A stretch of 63,926 nucleotides of DNA, filler included, from Octopus bimaculoides (taxonomy: Eukaryota): the NCBI RefSeq assembly GCF_001194135.2. It is 9 parts of 8 records of this genome, joined end to end, with 100 filler letters (N's around TTAATTAATTAA, not from the genome) between each part and the next. Parts side by side here need not be neighbours in the genome. Positions count along the whole stretch, not along the records: positions 1 to 13,863 come from NC_069008.1; 8 more parts are not named here. The stretch is one strand, 5' to 3'. The notes under the pieces are model-generated. The model ran no database searches, was not told the DNA's origin, and worked only from the letters and a program-made list of their open reading frames with translations. Within the stretch, counting starts at the first letter, position 1. Every line of letters starts with the position of its first letter. Position numbers and translations under genes: made by a program. Positions 1 through 13,089 of this stretch are shown here, piece by piece.

Positions 1-896
1 TATATATATACATATATATACATAGGTAGATATTATATATACACACACACACACACATACCTGCATAGACATGTACACATAAATTTAAATATATGCATAC
101 ATGCATATATATACATACAAACATACATGCATACCTGCTTCTTTACAAACATTTATCCGTACATCTATCTGTATATACCCCATACATACACATATACACT
201 TGCACACATTCACACATCCATATACACATGCAAACAGTCATACAGGTGTATATAGTTTTGCCTTTATTACACACAAGTATGTTTAACTATTTTTATCTAT
301 CAGTTTATCTATTTCTCAGTCTGTCTGTCTGTCCGTCCGTCTGTGTATGCATCAATATGTATGTATATTGTACACACTCAAAAATAAGCATATGTGTCGG
401 TATGTTTTTATACTCAGTTAGAATGAAAACAATATATAACTATAAACACACACACAGTTATGTATATGTAATGTTCAAGTTGGCTGGGGCTTCACCTATG
501 AGATTGTACAAGCAATTTATTCTAAAAATGCAGATGGATGAGATATGAGCGTGTGTGTGTGTGCACGTGTGTATATGTGTGCACATGTGTTTGTGTATGT
601 GTGTGTGTGTACATGTACATACATATACATGTGTGTGTATGCATGTACATGCATTTGTGTGCAGGTGAGAAATAGCAGGTAACTAATAAATTTGATTCTT
701 AAAATCTGACTTTCTATATTTGACTTCTAGAATTGTAGAAAATCAGCTTTTTAGTTGGTTCACAAAAGATAGTATCTGAAAAAATAAAAGCAGAACAAAT
801 TTCTTTCTTTTACTTTTTTCATTGAGATGGAAAAAATTACTTTTAACAAAATATATATGTACTTTTGTGTGTGTGTGTGAGTGTGTCTGTGATCTG

Positions 897-935
<39 letters not shown>

Positions 936-1912
936 ATGTATGTATNNNNNNNNNNNNNNNNNNNNNNNNNNNNNNNNNNNNNNNNNNNNNNNNNNNNNNN
1001 NNNNNNNNNNNNNNNNNNNNNNNNNNNNNNNNNNNNNNNNNNNNNNNNNNNNNNNNNNNNNNNNNNNNNNNNNNNNNNNNNNNNNNNNNNNNNNNNNNNN
1101 NNNNNNNNNNNNNNNNNNNNNNNNNNNNNNNNNNNNNNNNNNNNNNNNNNNNNNNNNNNNNNNNNNNNNNNNNNNNNNNNNNNNNNNNNNNNNNNNNNNN
1201 NNNNNNNNNNNNNNNNNNNNNNNNNNNNNNNNNNNNNNNNNNNNNNNNNNNNNNNNNNNNNNNNNNNNNNNNNNNNNNNNNNNNNNNNNNNNNNNNNNNN
1301 NNNNNNNNNNNNNNNNNNNNNNNNNNNNNNNNNNNNNNNNNNNNNNNNNNNNNNNNNNNNNNNNNNNNNNNNNNNNNNNNNNNNNNNNNNNNNNNNNNNN
1401 NNNNNNNNNNNNNNNNNNNNNNNNNNNNNNNNNNNNNNNNNNNNNNNNNNNNNNNNNNNNNNNNNNNNNNNNNNNNNNNNNNNNNNNNNNNNNNNNNNNN
1501 NNNNNNNNNNNNNNNNNNNNNNNNNNNNNNNNNNNNNNNNNNNNNNNNNNNNNNNNNNNNNNNNNNNNNNNNNNNNNNNNNNNNNNNNNNNNNNNNNNNN
1601 NNNNNNNNNNNNNNNNNNNNNNNNNNNNNNNNNNNNNNNNNNNNNNNNNNNNNNNNNNNNNNNNNNNNNNNNNNNNNNNNNNNNNNNNNNNNNNNNNNNN
1701 NNNNNNNNNNNNNNNNNNNNNNNNNNNNNNNNNNNNNNNNNNNNNNNNNNNNNNNNNNNNNNNNNNNNNNNNNNNNNNNNNNNNNNNNNNNNNNNNNNNN
1801 NNNNNNNNNNNNNNNNNNNNNNNNNNNNNNNNNNNNNNNNNNNNNNNATAATATATACACACATACATACACACACACATGCACACAACACACATATAAA
1901 TACATACATATA

Positions 1913-2462
1913 CAGGGTCATTCATAAAGAATGAACTGATTTCATTATGCAATATTTTAATAAGGGAAAGCAATATAAAACTCCAGCTAAGTCACAAGTA
2001 TTTACTCACAATCAACTTTTATTTCCTGTCTTACAAAGTGTTCAATGTGGCCACCACCTGCAGCATGGGCAACATCAATGCAATAATAGAATTCCTCCAA
2101 GATCGTATCAGCATATCAAAAGCAAGTTCATTGTGGAACTAAAGAATAAATTTGCTTTGCTTGAGGTGATTCCAGAAGATATTGACACAGAAGGAAAATG
2201 GAAAAACTTTGATAAAGCATTCAACCAGACAGCCAAAGATGTACTCAGTGGATCATGATATGCTGATACGCATCTGGGAGGAATTCTCTTATTGCATTGA
2301 TGTTGCCCATGCTGCAGGTGGTGGCCACATTGAACATTTTTAAGACAGGAAATAAAAGTTGATTGTGAGTAAATACTTGTGACTTAACTGGAATTTTTTT
2401 ATTGCTTTTCCTTATTAAAATATTGCATAATGAAATCGGTTTATTCTTTTTGAATAACCCTG
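1913..2462. mobile_element. Tc1/mariner-derived foldback (MITE-like) element with about 206 bp inverted arms and a LINE-derived filler
   Basis: 1913-2118 is the reverse complement of 2256-2462 with few mismatches, and TA flanks both ends. The right arm encodes a transposase C-terminus, DMLIRIWEEFSYCIDVAHAAGGGHIEHF* (2257-2343). Confidence 0.85.
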
Positions 2463-2489
2463 TATATATAGGCTGGGCATAGTTCAGTG

Positions 2490-2870
2490 ATCTCCTTGGT
2501 AATAAAGCTTCCTGCTCTCAAAGTGAAAGACAGATTGTATAATACCTGTGTGCAATCAGCCATGCTACATGGCAGTAAAAGTGGACTGTGACTGCCGAGG
2601 ACATGATTAGGCTTGAAAGAAATGAGGCTAGCATGCTTCACTGGATGTGCAATGTCAGTGTGCAAAGTGCAAGCATTTTAAGAGAAATGTTGGGCATAAG
2701 AGATATCAAATGTGGTGCGCAAGAAAGACAAAACTGCTCCTGGTATGGTCATGTGATTGCCAGATCAGATTAAAACCTGGTGCAACTGCTGGCTCTCCAG
2801 ACCTCAGTCAAACCGCCCAACCCATGCCAGCATGGAAAACAGATGTTAAACGATGATGATGATGATGTGC
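2490..2870 (+). mobile_element. RTE-clade LINE 3' fragment (RT C-terminus joined to 3' UTR)
   Basis: TAEDMIRLERNEASMLHWMCNVSV...WYGHV, followed by the 3' tail ...ggaaaacagatgttaaacgatgatgatgatg. Confidence 0.8.
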
Positions 2871-3242
2871 AAACGTACATATATATGTGTATGTATCTTA
2901 TAAATATATATATATACACTCACATCTCCATATATCCATACGAACCAACGAATTGTGAGAATTATTAGAAGGGGTGATAAAATATAAAACTAACCAGTTA
3001 TTTCAGTGTAGTTGACTGGCTCCTTCTCTCCCCACAACAGATGTTACATCTTGTACAACTTGTTGGGTCAAGGATGGGGTGAGTGTCAAATGCTGTCAGT
3101 GCATCTGCTTGTGACTACACAAACATATACTGCGACATTAGCAAAGTGTATGCAGCATGCAGACACCTGGTAGTAAACAACTGTGAGTGACAGCCTATGG
3201 AGATAGAGTTGTGAAGCCTTACATGTATGCATTTTATACAGG

Positions 3243-3353
3243 TTCAGGAATGGCTGTGTGGTAAGAAACTTGCTCCCCAAACACATGATTCCAGGTTCAA
3301 TCCTACTGTGTGGCACCTTGGGTAAGTGTCTTCTACTATAACCTTGGGCTGAC
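3243..3353 (+). mobile_element. tRNA-derived SINE, family A head (CpG-decayed)
   Basis: ggctgtgtggtaag (A-box-like), ggttcaatcc (B-box-like) and gcaccttgggtaagtgtcttctactata, shared with the copies at 7750, 17570, 18067, 30330 and 62230. Confidence 0.75.
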
Positions 3354-3355
3354 TA

Positions 3356-3617
3356 CAACAGGTGCCCCCTCAATGAAAAAACATTTGGAACAGATAAACA
3401 CTAACTGCCTTTAGCATATAACGAAACAAGAGAAGAAAATATGAACAACTAAACAAAATAACTATTAATTTTATACACTATATGCTATACCACCAAAAGT
3501 AAATAAAAGGACATTTTCAGAGAATATCATTTGTCAACTCAGACAAAGAACTCCAAAACTGAATAGCTGTACCTGTTAATCCTTTTACATTTGAATTCAT
3601 TGAGGGGGCGCCTGTTG
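3356..3617. mobile_element. Short MITE with 22 bp terminal inverted repeats
   Basis: caacaggtgccccctcaatgaa (3356-3377) versus ttcattgagggggcgcctgttg (3596-3617), one mismatch, AT-rich interior. Confidence 0.65.
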
Positions 3618-3779
3618 TGACAAAGGTCACAGAACTGCCCACACACCTCAATGAATCTCTTCATCGGTCAAAATTGATTAATATTCCTCAGTTATACATC
3701 CCCTGCTTTCAACATTAATACCATATCACCCAAAGAAATGAGTGCATGAATATGATCCACCTGATGTCCATGGATACTA

Positions 3780-4490
3780 CGGACTGTACTGTAGTCACCT
3801 CAGAATACAGACTGTGATCTTAAGAAACATATCATTTGTGGAGTGTAGTGGAAGAGGTAGACCCGGGAAGACCTGGGATGAGGTGATGAAGCACGACCTT
3901 CGAACTTTGGGCCTCACTGAGGCAATGACCAGTGACCGGGGCTTTTGGAAGTATGCAGTGCGTGAGAGGGTCCGGCAAGGCAAGTGAGAGCATAATTTGT
4001 GATCTCTGCCAGAAGTGTAGCCAGCTCACTAATCCATATCTTTACTTCATTGGACACTAAAAACCCTGCTTGCAAAGACCTGTTGAGGCAAGTGAATTTG
4101 GAAATCTGAAATTGAAATCGAACCGAATCCGATGATTGGCACCCATGCCAACCTCTCCTTCATTGGACACTGGATTCTGCTTGCGAAGACCTGTTGGGGC
4201 AAGTGAAATCGTAATTGAACCATACTCGATGACAGGTCACCGCACCAGTGGAGCACTAACAGCGTCGCCTTCCTGGCATGTGAAAAGATATTTAAGCAAG
4301 GTCGTTGCCAGTGCTGCCGGACTGGCTCTTGTGCAGGTGGCACATAGAATACACCATTTTGAGCTTGGCCGTTGCCAGTACCGCCTGACTGGCCTTTGTG
4401 CCGGTGGCACATAAAAGCACCCACTACACTCTCGGAGTGGTTGGCGTTAGGAAGGGCATACAGCTGTAGAAACTCTACCAAATCAGATTG
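3780..4490 (+). mobile_element. RTE LINE 3' end and 3' UTR
   Basis: GRGRPGKTWDEVMKHDLRTLGLTEAMTSDRGFWKYAVRE, then a UTR homologous to 35790-36460. Ends at a gap. Confidence 0.85.
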
Positions 4491-5272
4491 NNNNNNNNNN
4501 NNNNNNNNNNNNNNNNNNNNNNNNNNNNNNNNNNNNNNNNNNNNNNNNNNNNNNNNNNNNNNNNNNNNNNNNNNNNNNNNNNNNNNNNNNNNNNNNNNNN
4601 NNNNNNNNNNNNNNNNNNNNNNNNNNNNNNNNNNNNNNNNNNNNNNNNNNNNNNNNNNNNNNNNNNNNNNNNNNNNNNNNNNNNNNNNNNNNNNNNNNNN
4701 NNNNNNNNNNNNNNNNNNNNNNNNNNNNNNNNNNNNNNNNNNNNNNNNNNNNNNNNNNNNNNNNNNNNNNNNNNNNNNNNNNNNNNNNNNNNNNNNNNNN
4801 NNNNNNNNNNNNNNNNNNNNNNNNNNNNNNNNNNNNNNNNNNNNNNNNNNNNNNNNNNNNNNNNNNNNNNNNNNNNNNNNNNNNNNNNNNNNNNNNNNNN
4901 NNNNNNNNNNNNNNNNNNNNNNNNNNNNNNNNNNNNNNNNNNNNNNNNNNNNNNNNNNNNNNNNNNNNNNNNNNNNNNNNNNNNNNNNNNNNNNNNNNNN
5001 NNNNNNNNNNNNNNNNNNNNNNNNNNNNNNNNNNNNNNNNNNNNNNNNNNNNNNNNNNNNNNNNNNNNNNNNNNNNNNNNNNNNNNNNNNNNNNNNNNNN
5101 NNNNNNNNNNNNNNNNNNNNNNNNNNNNNNNNNNNNNNNNNNNNNNNNNNNNNNNNNNNNNNNNNNNNNNNNNNNNNNNNNNNNNNNNNNNNNNNNNNNN
5201 NNNNNNNNNNNNNNNNNNNNNNNNNNNNNNNNNNNNNNNNNNNNNNNNNNNNNNNNNNNNNNNNNNNNNNNN

Positions 5273-5476
5273 AAAGTTCCTGGTTTTAAGGGTATCACGA
5301 AAGGCCTGGCTGAAGGCCCAAACTTTCAAGTTCTTTTACAAGGCTTAGAGAAACTGAAAGACTGCTGCAATAAGTGTGTGAATTTGAGAGGAAAATGTGT
5401 TGAACCAAATCATAATTAACTGATTCCCCTGTATTTTCTTTTACCCAAAGCCAGGAACTTTTTCAGCACCCCCTCA
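5273..5476 (+). mobile_element. Mariner 3' end with right TIR
   Basis: LLQGLEKLKDCCNKCVNLRGKCVE (typical mariner C-terminus), then ggaactttttcagcaccccctc. Confidence 0.7.
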
Positions 5477-5537
5477 CATCTGTTGGTATATATATATATA
5501 TCTATATATATATATATATATAAATATACATATATAC

Positions 5538-5582
<45 letters not shown>

Positions 5583-5882
5583 TGTGTATGTATGTGTGTG
5601 TATGTGTGTAGATAGATAGAAAGATAGAGAGACATACAGACAGACAGACAGATTGTTTGAAGTGGTGTGCAGTTTTTAAATATTATGAAAAAGCAGGTAG
5701 CCAGAATTTTGGATAATTATTTACTTACCATTTTTATCTCATTTTGGAGAATCATCAGGAATGATATCTTTACAAAAAATGTGTGCCTTTTATATATATA
5801 TGTGAGTTAGTTGGAAAAATCTGGAGTTGAATGAGGAAGAGAATGTTCTTTGTTATTTTGAATCTATTTGTGTGTATATAAT

Positions 5883-5948
<66 letters not shown>

Positions 5949-7109
5949 GTGAACTTTGGAGGTGCTTGTTTAGAGGGTTGTAAAAAAAAAAAGAAAGAAA
6001 GAAAGAAGGAAAGAAAAAGATAAAGGGGTCTTTTNNNNNNNNNNNNNNNNNNNNNNNNNNNNNNNNNNNNNNNNNNNNNNNNNNNNNNNNNNNNNNNNNN
6101 NNNNNNNNNNNNNNNNNNNNNNNNNNNNNNNNNNNNNNNNNNNNNNNNNNNNNNNNNNNNNNNNNNNNNNNNNNNNNNNNNNNNNNNNNNNNNNNNNNNN
6201 NNNNNNNNNNNNNNNNNNNNNNNNNNNNNNNNNNNNNNNNNNNNNNNNNNNNNNNNNNNNNNNNNNNNNNNNNNNNNNNNNNNNNNNNNNNNNNNNNNNN
6301 NNNNNNNNNNNNNNNNNNNNNNNNNNNNNNNNNNNNGTGTGTGTGTGTGTGTGTGTGTATGTGTGTGTGTGTGTGTGTGTGTGTTTAAGCATTTGTGCAT
6401 GAGAGAGTGTGTGTATTATGTGTTGTTTGCTTAAAGGAATTTTTCCAGTTATTTTAGTAAGTGTAATGAGAATATTTTAACAATGGTTACTCATGTATTC
6501 ATATATGTGTGTGTGTGTGTGCATACATATATACATATCTGTCTATATATATGTGCGTGTGTACTATTCTTACCTCTCGCTCTCCAATCCTGTCCTCATG
6601 GCCCTGTTTCTCTGTATCATAGCTATTCGGTAACCCCCATCCCACTCTACATATCCAAGTTTTCACCACTCACTTCCTCTCCCCACTCTCTAATCAGACT
6701 TCTTTGGCAATCTCCCGCCACTTATATTATGACCTTTGAACCTCAAGGGTATGCCCTGGCACTTGCCACCATCTATATCTCTCTGCCTTTTTTTCAACCA
6801 TCCCATTTATATTCTGATCCCTGTCCCTTGTATACTCGGTACTTACCACCATCTTGATCCAGCTGTCTCCTACTCTCTCTCTCTCCTTCTCCTGCTCTTC
6901 CCCCAGGTTGAGTAACCATGTATCTCCTTTGCAGCAGCACACCTGTTTCTATCCTCATTCATGATATCTCTCTCTCTCTCTCCCCTTCTCTCTCTCTCTC
7001 CCCTTCTCTCTCTCTCTCCCCTTCTCTCTCTCCAACCAAGACACTTATTTCTGTCTCTCTATTTCACTATAAACTTTCATCTGATGCAAGAACACCTCCT
7101 CCAATTCCC

Positions 7110-7353
7110 CTTTTAGCATTTGGAAAGGCATCCAACTGTAAAGACCTTGCCAAAACTGACCTCACCTGCGCTTGAGCTATGTAAAAAGCACTAAGTCCAC
7201 TCTGCTGGGTGGTTGATGTTAGGAAGAGCATCCAGTTTTAAAAATCCAACCAAAACAGTCACAGAAGTCTGGTGCAAGTTTCTGCCTGGCTGGTTCCTGT
7301 CAAACTGTCCCACCCATGGAAGGCAAACATTAAACAATGATGATGATGATGAC
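7110..7353 (+). mobile_element. RTE LINE 3' UTR fragment
   Basis: Similar to 36290-36460 and ends in aaacaatgatgatgatgatg. Confidence 0.65.
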
Positions 7354-7749
7354 GAGATATACATTTAGCCTAGATAAGAATTTTTTTTAGTAAAAAGCAG
7401 TTTCATTGCCTTCCAGTACTTTTGGTCATCCCTTGGGCATGCATATGCATTTATATATACGTATATTTATGTGAATACATATATACATACACACACACAG
7501 TCATAAGTAAAAAATTTAAATTTAGGTACACACCTTGTAGTATGTCATTTAAAGCCTGTTTACTGTATTTGTCATCAATAGTATGGATCTAAATTCCACT
7601 TGATTTATTTCAGGAATTCCTTCTTGGTACCTTTAAACAAGGCACCTATGAGACACCTCTTCACCTATGATGCACCACAACTATTTGTGCAGCATCTCAC
7701 TCACAAGGCACTGGTGCACGATGGGATGAAACGATTGTAGTGAATAATG

Positions 7750-7920
7750 AAGAGCATGGCTCTGTGGTTAAGAAGCTTGCTTTGTACTCATGTGGTTTCA
7801 AGTTCAGTTTCACTGCATGACACCTTGAGTAAACCTCTTCTACTATAGATCTTTGGTCCAACCAATGCTTTGTTAGTGGATCTGGTAGATGGAAACTGCT
7901 TGGAAACCCATCACATATAT
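7750..7920 (+). mobile_element. tRNA-derived SINE family A (decayed) running into (GT)n
   Basis: gcatggctctgtggttaagaagcttgc...ggtagatggaaactg...catatatgtg. Confidence 0.7.
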
Positions 7921-7930
7921 GTGTGTGTGT

Positions 7931-7984
<54 letters not shown>

Positions 7985-8362
7985 NNNNNNNNNNNNNNNN
8001 NNNNNNNNNNNNNNNNNNNNNNNNNNNNNNNNNNNNNNNNNNNNNNNNNNNNNNNNNNNNNNNNNNNNNNNNNNNNNNNNNNNNNNNNNNNNNNNNNNNN
8101 NNNNNNNNNNNNNNNNNNNNNNNNNNNNNNNNNNNNNNNNNNNNNNNNNNNNNNNNNNNNNNNNNNNNNNNNNNNNNNNNNNNNNNNNNNNNNNNNNNNN
8201 NNNNNNNNNNNNNNNNNNNNNNNNNNNNNNNNNNNNNNNNNNNNNNNNNNNNNNNNNNNNNNNNNNNNNNNNNNNNNNNNNNNNNNNNNNNNNNNNNNNN
8301 NNNNNNNNNNNNNNNNNNNNNNNNNNNNNNNNNNNNNNNNNNNNNNNNNNNNNNNNNNNNNN

Positions 8363-8427
<65 letters not shown>

Positions 8428-8537
8428 TTCTTTTCAGTGCTCATCTTTCATCATAGGTCACCTTAGATCCTGATGACCTATGATCAAAGGAATACATACA
8501 CAGCAATCACATTTATATCTAGGGCTTGTGGTGGGTA

Positions 8538-8538
8538 G

Positions 8539-8570
<32 letters not shown>

Positions 8571-8695
8571 CCATCATCATCATCACCATCATCATCAGTG
8601 TCATCACCATTGTCATCATCGTCATCATCATCATCATTGTTGTTGTTGTTGTCATCATCATCATCATCATCATCATTGTCGTCATCATCATCATT
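8538..8695. repeat. Compound (ATC)n/(GTT)n trinucleotide microsatellite at an RTE 3' tail
   Basis: Visible directly; it explains the poly-M/D/S/I ORFs. Confidence 0.95.
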
Positions 8696-8880
8696 TAATA
8701 TCCCCTTTTCCACGCCGACATGGCTTGGATGGTTTAACAAGAACAGACAGGCCAGAGGCTCTATTCTATGTCTGCATCTATTTTGGCATGGTTTCTACAG
8801 TTGGTTGCTCTTCCTAATGCCAACCACTTAACAAAGTGTACTGGATGCTTTTTACATGGCACCAACACCAGTGAGGTCAC
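8690..8880 (-). mobile_element. RTE-related 3' UTR fragment
   Basis: catcatttaatatccccttttccacgccgacatgg...ttcctaatgccaaccact is the reverse complement of the RTE tail seen at 36310-36460. Confidence 0.6.
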
Positions 8881-9409
8881 CATGCACCCACAAGATAGGA
8901 CCCCCTCAATTGAGTGGGGTACAGACTTGAGGTATAAGCAACTATGATAAAACGGGAGGAGTAAGTGTCTTGCTGAATAGGTGAGTACATGGCTTGCCCA
9001 CCTGAGAAGTGAGAGAGAGAAAGAAAGAGATGTAAGGTCCAGGTATAACGGGCATATGAGATGGAATAGGTCAGATGAGCAGAAAAGATGGATGTGTAGA
9101 TATACACATATATACAAACACATACTCACACATACATATATGTGTGCGTTCCCCAGTAAACATATGACACACACAAGCTCTGCTCTTTAAAAGACATGGA
9201 CAATAAGAGGTCCCTAACCTGAAAATGAAATAAGGGCAAGTAGTGGGAAGGGTGTCTGACCATAACAATCATACCTCAATACTATATATTCATTTAACTC
9301 ATGTTATCATGGAAAAAGCATTGTAAAGACAATGAAATACAGGGTGTCCCAGAATTAACTATCTATTTGAGTCAAATCAGACATTTTTTTAAAAGCTCAC
9401 TTTATTTAT

Positions 9410-9715
9410 GTGGTTAGAGTATCGGACTCTCAATCACAAGGTAGTGAGTTCAATTCCTGGACCAGGCTGTGTGTTGTGTTCTTGAGCAAGACATTTTATT
9501 TCACTTTATTTTATTTACTCCAGTTCACTCAGTTGTAGAAATGTTGCAACATCACAGGTGCCAAATTGTAATGGCCTTTGCCTTTCCCTTGGATAGCATC
9601 AGTGATGTGGAGAAGGGAGGCTGGTATGCATGGGTGACTGCTGGTTTTCCACAAACAACCTGACCTGGACTTGTGCCTTGCAGGTGTAAACCCATGGTCA
9701 TTCATGATCAAAGGG
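9410..9715 (+). mobile_element. tRNA-derived SINE, family C variant
   Basis: gtggttagagtatcggactctc...gagttcaattcctggacc...ttgagcaagacatttt, homologous to 39729-39995. Confidence 0.75.
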
Positions 9716-10324
9716 AGTGTTTACCATCTTTTTTATCATGTTTAATATGTGTTAAAAGTATATAAATTTTTAATTCTTTTATAATTTTAGTAGTGGGGGA
9801 GCATCATAACATGTGTTGAGAGGGATTCTTTGGGGTTTTAATAAATGCAACAAAAGCAAAATTTGAAGGAAATATTAGCCATTTGTCATACTTTCTAGGA
9901 AATAACAGTTGCTACTCAAAGACAAAAATTGTGTTACACAATGTTATTTTCCCACATTACTTTGGTGTTTGTCAAATATCAATGATTATATATAATTTTG
10001 TAATTGGAAGTAAATTACAAAAACATATCACCTGACTTATATTTGGCCTTCAATTCACATCTGTAATGACTTCTCTCAATGAACAAGCATAGTTGTTTAG
10101 TAGTTTGCCTGTTTACACTCTGTAAAATTGACAGCCTTTGACTCATAACTGTAACACTTCTTTTCTTAATAAACAAGCATAACTGTTTAGTTAGTTTGCC
10201 AGTTCACACTCAGCAAAAGTAACTCCAGAAAGAAGCTTCAGAGACGTAACTGCAAATATGTCTAATAGACAACTTAGATATCAGCTGTTGTCTTTCACAC
10301 CTAATTTCTTCAGTGGCTGCCAAC

Positions 10325-10500
10325 ACAACTGGAAATCCTTTGTCTGAAGTTCCAAAATCTGAAAACTCCGAAATCCAATAGATTTTTGAATGTTGGCATG
10401 ACAGGTCACAAACAGAAACTTCCGCAAAGTGCTGGGAAAGTTCCATCAAGCACAGTTGTTGTGCGTTGCTACGACAAGTAAGTTTGCCAACAGTGATCAT
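10325..10500 (+). mobile_element. Tigger/pogo-like DNA transposon end
   Basis: ctggaaatcctttgtctgaagttccaaaatctgaaa...tacgacaagtaagtttg is homologous to the reverse complement of 30540-30735. Confidence 0.55.
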
Positions 10501-10714
10501 CATACTTTATTTTGTTTTTTTGTACAGTAAATACAAAATGTTATTTTTATATGAGACCTGAATTTCACCTCCATATATGAGTGTAACATAACTAATATCA
10601 TTATTTGTGCATTAATTTAGGCAGCAATCTGGCAGAATCATTAGCACACCAGGCAAAATGCTTAGCAGCATTTCATTCATCTTTACATACATGTTTTGCT
10701 AGCAATTACAAATG

Positions 10715-11425
10715 TTTCCACCACCAAACCCTGCGTTTTGGACTCTGGCTAAGAGTGATGGGCTCAGGTCTCATCTTCAATGGTAATTCTCTCAATAGAA
10801 GCTTGGCCTTCATGCTTGTAACAATCAAATAAGCATTTACAGATCTCCACATGATTGCACTTATGTGCTCCGTTAAGCTCTCTTGGCACCCACCTCACAC
10901 AGACTTTATGGAAGCAAAGCTTGTTGTGGATGATTTCATATACAGAACCATAACTAACTTGCAGAGAACATAACACATCATCTATAGTTGTTAGTCGGTT
11001 TGCCAGAGCCATTTCTCAAACTTATTGAACCTTCATGTAAGTGGTGGAGGTTGATGGGCGTTCTGCTCTCATTTTGTGCTTCACACCTGTCCAACCATTT
11101 TTTAACTTCTTAGTTCACTCATACACACATCTATGCATTAGAGTGCTGTCTCTATATTGTACTGAAAGATCAGGAATTTAAACCTTTGACACACCTTCAG
11201 AGGAAAGAAATTGTATCATTGATCTCTGTTCTTCCTTGGTGCACACTGCCAGTGGAGTGGCCATGTTCACTCTGCAACACAAGAAAGAAAACTAGAACAA
11301 TCAAGGTCAAAGGTTGGTGATGTAAACATAACAGTGCCACCTTTCAGCATGCAAGCACTGAAGGCAATGCGGCTAATCTAAAGAAAGTTTAGGTGAAAGT
11401 GCAGGAAAGTTTTTCACTTCTCCTA
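10715..11425 (-). mobile_element. Mariner transposase relic (N-terminal half)
   Basis: LTTIDDVLCSLQVSYGSVYEIIHNKLCFHKVCVRWVPRELN...ERITIEDET contains the WVP(H/R)EL motif and first catalytic D. A TIR-like sequence lies near 11400-11425. Confidence 0.85.
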
Positions 11426-11439
11426 ATAGACAGATAGAC

Positions 11440-11497
<58 letters not shown>

Positions 11498-11582
11498 GTA
11501 GACAGGCAGACAGACAGACAGACAGACGGACGGACGGACGGACGGACGGACAAACGGACGGACGGACGGATAGATAGGTAAG

Positions 11583-11618
<36 letters not shown>

Positions 11619-11742
11619 CGCATACATACATACATACATTTATTTACATAACCTCTTTCCATGGGTTCCTCTAGCAAACACTAGTTTGTTGTGCAGCAGT
11701 AATCATTACACAGACAACTGCATAATGATTGCATTATAATGC

Positions 11743-11792
<50 letters not shown>

Positions 11793-12156
11793 NNNNNNNN
11801 NNNNNNNNNNNNNNNNNNNNNNNNNNNNNNNNNNNNNNNNNNNNNNNNNNNNNNNNNNNNNNNNNNNNNNNNNNNNNNNNNNNNNNNNNNNNNNNNNNNN
11901 NNNNNNNNNNNNNNNNNNNNNNNNNNNNNNNNNNNNNNNNNNNNNNNNNNNNNNNNNNNNNNNNNNNNNNNNNNNNNNNNNNNNNNNNNNNNNNNNNNNN
12001 NNNNNNNNNNNNNNNNNNNNNNNNNNNNNNNNNNNNNNNNNNNNNNNNNNNNNNNNNNNNNNNNNNNNNNNNNNNNNNNNNNNNNNNNNNNNNNNNNNNN
12101 NNNNNNNNNNNNNNNNNNNNNNNNNNNNNNNNNNNNNNNNNNNNNNNNNNNNNNNN

Positions 12157-12190
<34 letters not shown>

Positions 12191-12712
12191 TTATATACAT
12201 ATATATGCATGTGTGCATATATATCATTGTCATTATTTAACATCCGCTTTCCATGGTGGCATGATGTACATACATACATACATACATTATCGTCAAATGA
12301 TGATGATGATGATATATGTATGTCTGTATGTATGTATACTCGTATGTACATATGCACGTATGATAAATATGATGTATATGTTTATCATATATATACTTAA
12401 TGATTTTCTATCTTTAAATGCCGCATCAACAAATGTGTTTTTCCCCATTTTAAATCATTTTGTTGTTATCAATTGTGAATTAAAAGTAAAGAATTCTTCG
12501 ATAGGTACACACACACAAACATAAATAAATATATACATACACACATACATAGTCACACACATACATATACACACAAACGCAAATACATTCCTGGCCTGTA
12601 TTCTCATGCCACTATTCACCCTGCTACTACCTACTATGTATGGTACAATATACATACATACATTCGTGTATATATATACAAATATATACACACGTATATA
12701 TATATATATGTG

Positions 12713-12795
<83 letters not shown>

Positions 12796-13041
12796 TTATA
12801 TACACATATACATATATATACATATATATATATACACATATATACACTTATATACATATGCACAAACACAAACACACATATATACAAATGTGTCTGTCTA
12901 TCTACCTACCTCCCTCTCTATTTATCTATCTATCTATCTAACTATTTATCTCTCTCTTTCTCTCTTTCTCTCTCTCTCTCCCTCCATNNNNNNNNNNACT
13001 TTCTCTCTCTCTCTCACTCCCTCCCTCTCTCTCCCTCCATT

Positions 13042-13089
<48 letters not shown>

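Noticed and set aside
479-543. Short protein-like frame VGWGFTYEIVQAIYSKNADG*
   Set aside because: Weak acceptor, no recognisable family and embedded in microsatellite-rich DNA.
10313-10487. Apparent exon (ttcttcAG ... GTAAGT) with an open frame ending GKVPSSTVVVRCYDK
   Set aside because: The same sequence, including the apparent donor region, is homologous to the reverse complement of 30540-30735; it is a DNA-transposon end.
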